This document shows, in pieces, positions 44,402-53,548 of a stretch of DNA of 64,000 nucleotides. The notes under the pieces were generated by a model. The model saw only the letters and a list, made by a program, of their open reading frames with translations. It searched no databases and was not told where the DNA came from. The stretch covers positions 248,001 through 312,000 of the forward strand of contig CBFFRQ010000040.1 in the NCBI GenBank assembly GCA_965644315.1, given 5' to 3'. This DNA comes from Caecitellus pseudoparvulus. Taxonomy: Eukaryota; Protista; Bigyra: Bicosoecida. Each line of letters starts with the position of its first letter. The stretch's first letter is position 1. The position numbers and the translations under genes were made by a program.

Positions 44402-44817
44402 TCAGCACTTGAAGAGCAGCACGTTGGTCTTTCCAGCTTGAACGAAGAGGCTGGTGCGCTTCTCGTGGGTGAACTGAGCCTTGAACTCGCTGCCTACAAT
44501 GCAATGCCACTGAGAGAAAGGAGGGGCAAGGTGCGTGGCTGCAAATCCCTCGCACGAGGCAGGTGGGGGAGCTTACTGTCGGCCCGTAGTCCTCGTCGAA
44601 CTTCTTTTTAATGAATGCAGCGATGTCCTTTTCTTCAGTTTTCTCGGAAGCCGCAAGAGCCTCCTGAATCTTGCTCTTTGCATCCGCCTGCACACGGCGT
44701 GCGCCAGCGTTTCTGCTCCAGGTTCAGCAGCAGAGCGTGAGCGGCGCCAGCTCATACCAGCATCTTCCCATGCTCATCCATATCTGTATCGATGCCGTGA
44801 ATTCCTCGGGCACTCAT
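44402..44817 (-). CDS. Dynein light chain type 1 (LC8-family paralog), 3 exons
   Basis: MSARGIHGIDTDMDEHGKML|ADAKSKIQEALAASEKTEEKDIAAFIKKKFDEDYGPT|WHCIVGSEFKAQFTHEKRTSLFVQAGKTNVLLFKC. Confidence 0.92.
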
Positions 44818-45092
44818 GTTGTCGTCTCAGTGAGGGCGTAGCGCACGGCGTTCACTTCGCCGCCTGCACGCTCAAGAAAAGTCGTTTGCGTGGCGGCAGT
44901 GTCCCGGAGCACCCAATGCTCGGTGGGCGCCAAAAGATAGCCCGCCCCAGTCAACCCAAACGAGCAATGGGAGGTTTGAGTAGAGCCTGAGGATATTGGA
45001 TTATGTTGGTGTGTTGATTTTGGAGAGACGACATAAAACATCCTGCGTGGCGTGGAGTTGTTTCGCAGCTTCCCTCGTCTCAGCCGTTGGTG

Positions 45093-46363
45093 ATGATGGA
45101 GGGGGGTACGCACTCCCTTCTTGAAAGACAAGACATGCTCGACTTTGCTTTCTTCTGTTCAGGACTGCTGGAGCAAGGGGCATCCAGTGCGCTTGCCACT
45201 CCAACGCATGTGCGTTTCATGAACGTTTCACTCGCAACGGGCGTCACTTTGCAGTCAGCATTCTACTGCAGGAGGTTGCTTGCGCTGCGCTGGCGCGAGG
45301 GAGACTGCTTCGATGTGCATTCAGAGCCTTTCAAGACTTTGTGGAGCGCAGGAAGTCAAGCAAGGCACGCGTAGTGAGGCTACTTTCATTGATGGAGCTG
45401 CTGGCAAATCCCCTAGCTGTGGCGTTTCGGCGTTGGCGAGAACTTGTGATGCGCCAACGGTGAGCATGGTGCTGATCGCAAACCATCCACTATGTGGACC
45501 ACATGTTCTGCCGCTATTTTTCAGGCTTCTGCTCAGGCGAGCTTTTTCTACTCTGCGCAAGCGGACCTTTGAGCTGTCCCTCATGCGGCGAGTGGTCGAG
45601 AAAGCCGCACAAAGGCACGTGGGCGTCGCGCTTCGCCTTGCATGGGACAAGTGGAGCGCTTTTGTGCGGCACACAAATCTGACCATTATGTGCCCTGTTC
45701 TTGGTGCTCAAGCAGTGCAGCGGAGGCGCTTCCAAGCATGGCGGACTTGGGTCCGACACCGAATGGCATGTCGCCGACTGCATAACTTGGTGCGTAGTGC
45801 AACATCTATAGCTCACAGCTGAGGCCGAGCATGCACCGCAACATATCAACGCGTTGCATTTCCAGATATGCGAGCGCATGCTGCGCGCTTCTCTTCGACA
45901 CTGGCACAGACAGTCTTGTGTGTACTCTCAATTCGGTGTTGTTTGCAGGCCAGTGCTGCCGCGCGCCACACTTGGGCCAGATGAGCATTTGCAGCACACC
46001 ATGCACACGTTCGCCTCACTCCCAGCCCCCGCCTTTGAGTTCCCGTGGGAGCGGTCAGCCCGACTGAGCGGCCAGCAGCTCCCCACACCTTTTGTGCGGC
46101 ACGAAGCACCATCAAACTCCCTGCCAGAACGCCTGCAGTACACTCTCCACACCAAGATTGACAAGGGTGCCGAGTGTGACTATGGCACTGCATGCTCAGC
46201 TGCTTCTAAGCAGCACAGAAGCTTTGTCGGAACCAGCTTGCACCGCTGCGTGGCACGGTGGGTGCTGCGGGAGGTGTGGTGGGGCTGGCGAAGGTGGAAT
46301 GCCAGCCTGCGGATGCAGGAGGAAGCTGACGCACTACGGATAGCGTTGCGCCCCCGTGGGTGA
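45093..46363 (+). CDS. Hypothetical multi-exon protein with Sfi1-like Trp-spaced helical repeats
   Basis: Segments LRRAFSTLR, LRLAWDKW, QRRRFQAWRTW, LRASLRHW and VWWGWRRW lie across ORFs joinable by GT-AG introns. Exon structure and start are uncertain. Confidence 0.45.
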
Positions 46364-49300
46364 GGCAGATGCCGCCATGCCATGGCCAGCTGCCAAGGGG
46401 TTGCCTGAGGCCAACACGCCCGTTTCCACCTCCCAGCCATCCGGCTCGGAGAAGAACTCCTGCACCAGGCGCTCATCACGCTCGTCTGCCGAATCCATTG
46501 GTATGTTTGGCTTGGGTGCAGACTTGGGCTCGACGGGCCCCTCTTCAAGTGCAGGAGAGGCCGCAGCAGCTTCGGAACAGGCCTCATCCAGACCTTTTAC
46601 AGACACCTCCACTACACCTGATTCAGACGAAGCCAGCACGTCAGCCGAAGCAATAGCGCGGCCCTCCGCATCATCGTCAGGCACGCTGGGGGCAGCCTTC
46701 ACCGTGTCGCCGGCTGCAGGCGGGAAGAACATCTCCATCACCGTCGCATGCCCCAGTCCCACGGCCAGCCCCAGCAGCAGCACCGCATTCACCAACACAA
46801 TGCACATGGTCACAACGACACGTGCGCCCCCCGACACCTCATCCTGCTCCAGGAACAAACCGCCAAGCATGGTCAGCAAGGACACGAAGATGCTGGCACG
46901 CTCCAGAGCGTTCATGGCGCCCCGAGCAAAAGGCTGGGCCGAGTCGTGCGCCGCCAAAGCAGCCAACCCCACCAGCATCGTGCAGTACACTTGCATGCGC
47001 AGCCCCAGCGGCTGCACAAACACGGCCACAAACGCCAGCATGGCTTTGCGCGTCATGATTATGGTCTCCCAGAAGTACCACTTGCGGGTGTAGCCGCCGT
47101 ACAGGAACCCAAACGTCCCCAGCACCTCGGGCGAGTCCAGGCGCTTCCGACGCAGCCACAGGATGATGCTGGCTGACAGGGGGATGCCGACGCCATACAC
47201 GAAGAAGGCGGGCAGCCCCACCCCCCACATCCACACTTGGTTCGACGCACTGCTGCACTCCACATTGGGGTCAGCCACCAGGAAAGCACGCCCCGTGTCA
47301 TCCAGCTCCTCACACGTGAACAGCCGCAGAGTGGTCTGGGCCAGGCTCATGTGCAGCATGAATGCCGTCACCACTGCGCTGACGATCCAGCCGTCCACGT
47401 TGGCCCGCACCCACTGCGCACCGTGCAGGGATGCGGGGTCAACTCGGAAGGAGCCGCACAGGGCCGTGGGCAGGAGCGCGAAGATGCGCTGCCCGATGCG
47501 GGTGAAGTAGTTCACCACCCAGTACACTGTCAGGATGAGCAGCAGGGCGACAGGCGTGACCAGGGACAGGATGACACTGGAGCGGTACGCCGACAAGCCC
47601 CCGCCCAGCAAGCACTCCACTGAGATGACGCTGTCCGACACTGAGCTGACGGTGTTGAAGGCGTCCAGCATGCGCTGGATGGCGGTGGGCCACTGCAGCC
47701 TGAACAGCAGCGCCACAGACGTGATCTGCACGTGGTTCAGCAGGATCTTGTTCAGCGCAGTGCTGTTGGCGTCACCCGTGTCCTGCAGACTGATGTTGGT
47801 GAGGTACGCCAAGATACACAGTGCCAGCAGCAGCGTGCCAGCCAGAGCCAGCACGACCAGGCCTGCATCTTCGCACCGGGCGCACCCTGCAGCGCCACTG
47901 CGGGCGTAGCCAGGCGAGCACCGCAGGCACAGTCGGCCTGAGTAGCCCTCCGCACATGCCTGCTGTTGGTCACCGCTGGCTGCAAAGGCGGCGGCCAGGG
48001 TGCTGGCGTTCATGCCAGCGTGTTGGGCGGGGTCGTAGCCACGGCAGGCCTCCTCCTGCTCACAGGGCACGAACGTGAGGCCGTTGGCAGATCCGTCCAT
48101 ACGGTAGAAGCCTCGCCGAGGAACGATGTCGGCAGTGCTGCCACCGCCACAGTGGGCCCCCGTGGGGCACTGTCTGCAGACACGGTTGGCGACGGTGGGC
48201 TCGTGCAGGGCGAGGAACTGCTGCGGGCCACATGCCTCGTACACTGCGCTGGAGGGGGGGGACACCGGGCCTGTCCCACCAGGGTTCGCAGGTGTTACTT
48301 TAAACCAGTACGGCTGAGCTTGAAGCCCATCAAGCTCAACTGAATACTCGCTTTGGAACATGCCCACTTGCCCACCAATTTCTCGCTCTTCTTCCAGGAC
48401 GATTCCCGTCGGCCCAACAAGCCTAGAGTCTACCGTGACTGCTGCGGCAACGAAGTTCTCAGCAGTTGAAATGCTCAAGGAGAACTGATTTGGCGCTGTT
48501 TCGTTTTCACTGCGCGAGTGTGTCCACCGGAGCAGGACAACTTCAGACCTTCCTACAACTCGCGAGCCTGTTGGCGAAGCGGGCGCAAGCTGGGGAGGCT
48601 GCACCTGTGCTGCTTCTGGCAGGACAAATTCGAGGCACGGGGCACGTGCAACAAAGGAGCTCGTGGGTTCAGCGTACGCCGAACCTTCAAAGAAGCCACA
48701 CTGCCCAAAATGCTCGGCAGCTGCACCGTTTCGTAAGTGCACACTGAGCTTTACAAACCCTGTGAGTGAATCTGGGGTCTCGCACTGCAAAGTGGTTCTT
48801 GAAATCCATCGAAAGGTTGGGCAGGGCTCCCCATCCAACTGAACGCTTTGCAAGTCGCGGGGCTCGAAGCCGAAGTCCCGTCCGATGATGGTCAGTGTGC
48901 TTCCAGGCACGACTTGGGCTGGCGTCGCATCACCATCGATGGAGGGCTCCAAGATCAAATCAAGTGCATCAGTGAGCTCCAGCTCTTGAACTGAGGGCGA
49001 GCCGAAAAGGCTTGTCCGAACCAAAACGCGAAGCTCAACTCGTTTACTGTCTGCATCGACTGCGAATCTCGCGATTTCATCCGCTGGCACACCCTCACAC
49101 CGCACCTCAGTGGGGCTCACCCACACCAATGTGCGCGGAACACTTCCCGCCTGGCACGCAACAGAGCCTATACTGAGCATGGCAATGTCATCCGTAGAGA
49201 TGCCAAGGTTCGCGCCCTGAAGGGTGAACGAAAACATTTCAACTGGAGCGGTGAAGTCTGGGTTGAACCGCTCACGCAGCAGGAGCTGTGGCTTCGGTGA

Positions 49301-52300
49301 CCCTGCAGCTTGCCCGTCAACCACAATGCGAGTGAGCCTGGGCGGGAACATGAGGAATATGCCGCTTGATGCGCTTGAGAATCCGCCTGCGGTCTGCACC
49401 CGCACAATTCCAGGCTCGACAGTGGGCACCCTGCAGGTCAGGCTCTGGGGGCTTTGCCAAACCACCTCGAGGCACCCTTCGCCACTGACAGTGACGGATG
49501 TCACTTCCTCAGCTGACCTGCCAAAGCCTGAACCAGAAATTGTGATGACATCGCCATAGTCAACTGACGTCGGCGTGATGCTGCTCACGACCGGGTGTAG
49601 CAATACAGGAAGCGACTGCTCCATAGTCGTTTCTCCAATGGAAAGCGAGAAGACAACACTTGCCGTCTCAGGAAACCCATCCCGAGCGTACCCCAAGCTG
49701 CTGAACAAAAGGCCTTCGCAGGTGACCAAAGACTCAGAGAACGTGGCGTCACTCCGCGGACATGGCACTGCACCAGATGACACGACTCCACTGCCTTCCA
49801 GCCTCGCTGTGAGAGTGTACAGGGTCCCGTCAGAGCCGAAGTTCTCCCCTGATATCGTAACACGCTCGATCGTAAGGTTTGCAGCGTCCGTGCTTCCCAA
49901 CACTACGCTCGCATCGGTCTCGAAAGACCCAAGCCGGACAGAAGACAAGGTTGGGGCAATGTACGTTACGCGCATGACAGAGCTCGCAAGGTTGCCTGCG
50001 GCGGGATACGTCTGATCTGCAACAGATACTGAAACTGGCAATGTACCATGCCCTGCTGGGATGACACAGCGCAGCAGCGTGTGACTGATGTGCAGCGTGG
50101 TAACGCAAGGGGTAGAGCCAACGAAAGCCTGTGCCCGTACTGCAGGTGAGCCGAATTCACGTCCATGAATGTCCACCAAGGCCCCTCCACTTGGCTGCAA
50201 GTCCTCGACACTCTGGTGGTACTGCAGAGTAGGGGTGTTGTAGTGAAAGCGTCCCTCGCCGCCGAGGCAGGACTGGCCGGCGATTTCGCACTCTATATCC
50301 AAGTCTCGCCCAGCACCCTCTGGCCAATGGCATTGAATGTAATGACCATAGTCATCGACAAAGTGGGTGTCCCGAAGCACACACTCCCTCCTCTCGAAGC
50401 CAAAAGCCTCACCCAGGCGAACCCAAAACTTGCGCTCGGCAAGGCCGTCGAAGGGTGTGTCGCTGCCGATGAAGTTGCGGCCCTTAATCCTGACGTAGTT
50501 CTCCTGCTGGGAGAAGGCTGCCAGCCCCCCAGTCGTTCCAAACGTCCACTCGTCTTTTTGGATGCCGATTGCAGCCAGCTGTAGCCCTGTGATGACAGGT
50601 GGTGCATACGACACGGCGTTCTCCAGGGAGATCTCGTCATGGGAACCCACGACAAGTGTGACGGTCAAGTTGGTGCCCCAACCCCGCGGAGGCAAGCACG
50701 TCAGGGCTGTCGAGTTCACAATAGTGACACTAGAGCATTCATAAGATGGCGGCAGGGCGTAATCTAAAAATGAAAACACAAATGTAACAGTCGCAGTGCC
50801 GATGAACCCGGAGCCGATGATCATCACCCGGTCTCCCGAGCCAAAGGGTCGCTCTGGGATGCCGGCGGAATCAGCAGGGATAACCTTCGAAATAGTGGGG
50901 ACTGGCTGAGCGTACGAGAAGGACAAGGCACCAGGCCCTTGCGCCACCCCAATCGCTCCACCAGAGCTGACCACCACTGGTAGGTTTGCACCCAACGCAC
51001 TCGGGATGGTGCACGTGACCTCAAATGGTCCAGTTCCCGTTGCGGACAGTGATGCAGGAGTCCACTGTGCCCCGGTGCACACGGCGTCCCCAAGACTGAC
51101 TTCAGGGGTGGTGTCTGTGACCAGAACTTCGGCTGCGGTCGTGAAGCCCGTTAGAGTCACTGTGAGTGTGTCGCCTGCAGAGCCGACAGTCGGCGTCAAG
51201 CCAGACACGAATGCAGCGGCAACGCAAAAGTAGTAGCTGCTTGCACCAGTGTAGGCACGCTGCTGATTCACTGGACAGCCAGAATTGAAGACATTCAAGG
51301 ACGCGCCTGGGTTGCCCGCACCCCGTACGATCTCACCGCTGGCGAAGTTGCTCGCGGAAAGAAAACCCTCCGGCCAATACTGCACGTTGTTGTCTTCCAA
51401 AGACAATGTCGTCATGGACGCCACGGCACTGAAAGCTGTGGGGGAGACTTCAGACAAGACGCCGCGCGGTATTCGCTCAGCTGAAATGTCAAGAAGGCCT
51501 GCTTGATCGGCACAGGAAGACAGCCGCAGTTGGCTTTCCGTGATGTACTCCATGGAGCACTGGTGAGCGTGCGCTGGGTGAGAAGCGGGGGCAGAGCTGC
51601 CCCAGCACAGGATGCGCTGCGAGTCAGTCAGGCCGCACGTGTGGCTCTCAGTGCCAGAGACCCAGACATACTGCTCGCCTGGGTTCAATGCAGCCACGCT
51701 CGTGCGTCCAGCCGTGGTCGAGCCCCAGCAAACGACGTCTCCGCTGCTCTTCAACCCGCACGTGTGGTACAGGCCTGCAGAGACTGAGGTCCAAGACTCA
51801 CCTGGCCCCAGAGCAGGGGGTGAATCAATGCCTGGCTCCATGCTGGTTGACCCGAAGCACTTGAGCTCGCCCGTGTTCAGGGTTGCACAGGTGTAGTAAA
51901 AGTGCGCAGACAAGACTTCAGCCCAGCTCTCTCCTGGGCCCAGAGCCGGTGCGTCAAGCAGAGAATTCGCGCTGCTGCCCCAACAGCGCAAGTTGGCAGC
52001 AGACGTAACGCCGCAGCAGTGCAGGGAGCCACACGCGACCGACGCCCACACTTCGCCGCCAAGCAGCCCAGGCGGAGACAGCTGCCCGTCATCATCTTCG
52101 CCCCAGCACCGCATGTCGCTCCCGTGCTGGTTCGTCACCCCACATGACACACTCCGGCCGATACCAAGCATGACCCAGTGCTCCTCGTCGTTCAAAATGA
52201 ATGGGGAGTAGACCGAGCCTGAGGCAAACGGGTCGCCTCTACACGACACCTGCCCATCATCTGTTGTCGCGCAGAAGTAGTCGAAACCAACTTGCAGGTT

Positions 52301-52612
52301 GGACCAGTAGCCGCCCTCAGGTGGGTTTGAAAAGGCAAACGTAACCGACGTGTCCTCCGCGCCCGTGGAGTCCCAGCACACAACAGCACCATCAGTTTGC
52401 AAGCCACAAGTCCGGGTGGAGCCAGCTGCCACCTGTGCCCACTGGGGAGCTGGGACCACATCACCAGGTGAAGGTGTAAGCCGACGATGCTTTGAGTCTT
52501 GAAGCATGCCCAGGCACACGCCCGCATGCACAAAGACGAGGAGCAGGGCGCCTCGAGCTGCCAGCGTCGCTGGCAACGCCGAGCCCAGCCGATTGCTTTG
52601 CTTGCCCGGCAT
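46334..52612 (-). CDS. Large surface receptor-like protein A: signal peptide, RCC1/BLIP-II-like repeats, short LRR, 8 IPT/TIG, FN3, Cys-rich region, about 9 TM
   Basis: Repeats such as VSAGLYHTCGLKSSGDVVCWG; LSLEDNNVQYWPEG; IPT units such as PVVSSITPTSVDYGDVITISGSGFG; FN3 YWFKVTPANPGGTGP; CAEGYSGRLCLRCSPGY; FGFLYGGY..YFWE..RK and QPF..NALE, resembling the TRP/PF06011-like protist membrane domain. Start taken at the Met before the signal peptide. Confidence 0.9.
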   Translation of the reverse strand: MPGKQSNRLGSALPATLAARGALLLVFVHAGVCLGMLQDSKHRRLTPSPGDVVPAPQWAQVAAGSTRTCGLQTDGAVVCWDSTGAEDTSVTFAFSNPPEGGYWSNLQVGFDYFCATTDDGQVSCRGDPFASGSVYSPFILNDEEHWVMLGIGRSVSCGVTNQHGSDMRCWGEDDDGQLSPPGLLGGEVWASVACGSLHCCGVTSAANLRCWGSSANSLLDAPALGPGESWAEVLSAHFYYTCATLNTGELKCFGSTSMEPGIDSPPALGPGESWTSVSAGLYHTCGLKSSGDVVCWGSTTAGRTSVAALNPGEQYVWVSGTESHTCGLTDSQRILCWGSSAPASHPAHAHQCSMEYITESQLRLSSCADQAGLLDISAERIPRGVLSEVSPTAFSAVASMTTLSLEDNNVQYWPEGFLSASNFASGEIVRGAGNPGASLNVFNSGCPVNQQRAYTGASSYYFCVAAAFVSGLTPTVGSAGDTLTVTLTGFTTAAEVLVTDTTPEVSLGDAVCTGAQWTPASLSATGTGPFEVTCTIPSALGANLPVVVSSGGAIGVAQGPGALSFSYAQPVPTISKVIPADSAGIPERPFGSGDRVMIIGSGFIGTATVTFVFSFLDYALPPSYECSSVTIVNSTALTCLPPRGWGTNLTVTLVVGSHDEISLENAVSYAPPVITGLQLAAIGIQKDEWTFGTTGGLAAFSQQENYVRIKGRNFIGSDTPFDGLAERKFWVRLGEAFGFERRECVLRDTHFVDDYGHYIQCHWPEGAGRDLDIECEIAGQSCLGGEGRFHYNTPTLQYHQSVEDLQPSGGALVDIHGREFGSPAVRAQAFVGSTPCVTTLHISHTLLRCVIPAGHGTLPVSVSVADQTYPAAGNLASSVMRVTYIAPTLSSVRLGSFETDASVVLGSTDAANLTIERVTISGENFGSDGTLYTLTARLEGSGVVSSGAVPCPRSDATFSESLVTCEGLLFSSLGYARDGFPETASVVFSLSIGETTMEQSLPVLLHPVVSSITPTSVDYGDVITISGSGFGRSAEEVTSVTVSGEGCLEVVWQSPQSLTCRVPTVEPGIVRVQTAGGFSSASSGIFLMFPPRLTRIVVDGQAAGSPKPQLLLRERFNPDFTAPVEMFSFTLQGANLGISTDDIAMLSIGSVACQAGSVPRTLVWVSPTEVRCEGVPADEIARFAVDADSKRVELRVLVRTSLFGSPSVQELELTDALDLILEPSIDGDATPAQVVPGSTLTIIGRDFGFEPRDLQSVQLDGEPCPTFRWISRTTLQCETPDSLTGFVKLSVHLRNGAAAEHFGQCGFFEGSAYAEPTSSFVARAPCLEFVLPEAAQVQPPQLAPASPTGSRVVGRSEVVLLRWTHSRSENETAPNQFSLSISTAENFVAAAVTVDSRLVGPTGIVLEEEREIGGQVGMFQSEYSVELDGLQAQPYWFKVTPANPGGTGPVSPPSSAVYEACGPQQFLALHEPTVANRVCRQCPTGAHCGGGSTADIVPRRGFYRMDGSANGLTFVPCEQEEACRGYDPAQHAGMNASTLAAAFAASGDQQQACAEGYSGRLCLRCSPGYARSGAAGCARCEDAGLVVLALAGTLLLALCILAYLTNISLQDTGDANSTALNKILLNHVQITSVALLFRLQWPTAIQRMLDAFNTVSSVSDSVISVECLLGGGLSAYRSSVILSLVTPVALLLILTVYWVVNYFTRIGQRIFALLPTALCGSFRVDPASLHGAQWVRANVDGWIVSAVVTAFMLHMSLAQTTLRLFTCEELDDTGRAFLVADPNVECSSASNQVWMWGVGLPAFFVYGVGIPLSASIILWLRRKRLDSPEVLGTFGFLYGGYTRKWYFWETIIMTRKAMLAFVAVFVQPLGLRMQVYCTMLVGLAALAAHDSAQPFARGAMNALERASIFVSLLTMLGGLFLEQDEVSGGARVVVTMCIVLVNAVLLLGLAVGLGHATVMEMFFPPAAGDTVKAAPSVPDDDAEGRAIASADVLASSESGVVEVSVKGLDEACSEAAAASPALEEGPVEPKSAPKPNIPMDSADERDERLVQEFFSEPDGWEVETGVLASGNPLAAGHGMAASASPTGAQRYP
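46633..48278 (-). repeat. Left arm of a 1646-bp inverted repeat (constant cassette of receptor A)
   Basis: The reverse complement matches 57670-59315 without indels; about 24 substitutions by manual comparison. Confidence 0.97.
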
Positions 52613-53548
52613 TCCGAGCCTGGTAAGCGGGCAATTTGAATGCATCCTCATCTGCATACCCTGTGGAAGGAACGATTGGGCGATGGGTGGAGTGCAGGTT
52701 CGCCTAAGTGCCGTGCAGGCTTGCTTGCACGGGTGAAGGGGACAGGAATGCCAACTTCCGCAGCAGCTGCCAGACACCCCGCATCCACCCTCAACGCACC
52801 AGCAAGGTCAAGCCACCACAGCAGATGGGGTGCAAAGGGACACAACAGAGTGCCAGCTGAGAAGTTCAGCCGTGTGTGGTGTGGGCGCTGCTCGAAGGTG
52901 AATCTGTGGATGTGTTGGACGTCGCACGCTCGATCGCAGCTTGCCGCGAAACGCAAGCTCGGCTTGTAGCGGGGACCCTGGCATGAGCGCAGCCAAAGAG
53001 GGAATGGGGGCCATGCTTCTTATTTTGGGCAAGCGTATTTCATTTTGCCACGATTCCAGACACTCAGGCTTGCGGCTGCTTGGGGCGCTGACGATCAGCC
53101 CCCCTCAAGCCAGGAGTTTCTGTGCTGACGTTGCAGTTTCCGAAGCACAGCTGCTCGAGACAAAATACGCGCGCTCGAAGAACAAGCACAGGGTTCCAGT
53201 ACACATGTTTGATTGGGGGAGTTTGTACCAGGCTTCAGCCCGGGCAAACTGCGCACTTCTTTGCGACCGTGCGGGTGCTCTGCCTTCGCAAGTGATCACT
53301 TTCTATACCGCTCGCCTTTCCCTCGACGTGAAGCTGCCGAAGCCCACACACGGGGTAGACTATTCACAACTTGCTTTTTGTCCGCCTCAGGTGCGCTTTG
53401 TGTCGCCGCTGCATACTGCAAGGCGCAGAGTTGCCAGCGCGTCGAGGTGCTGAGCGAAACTCTCGCCTGGCGAAACGCGCACAAGCGCTGGCCATCTTTA
53501 CATGCGCACGCACTCACCTTCATCTCCGTGCCACAAGCAGGATTAAAT

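Noticed and set aside
46633-48278. Inverted repeat as an assembly collapse
   Set aside because: The arms differ by about two dozen mostly silent substitutions, and both ORFs stay in frame across all four junctions. Long reads are still needed for proof.
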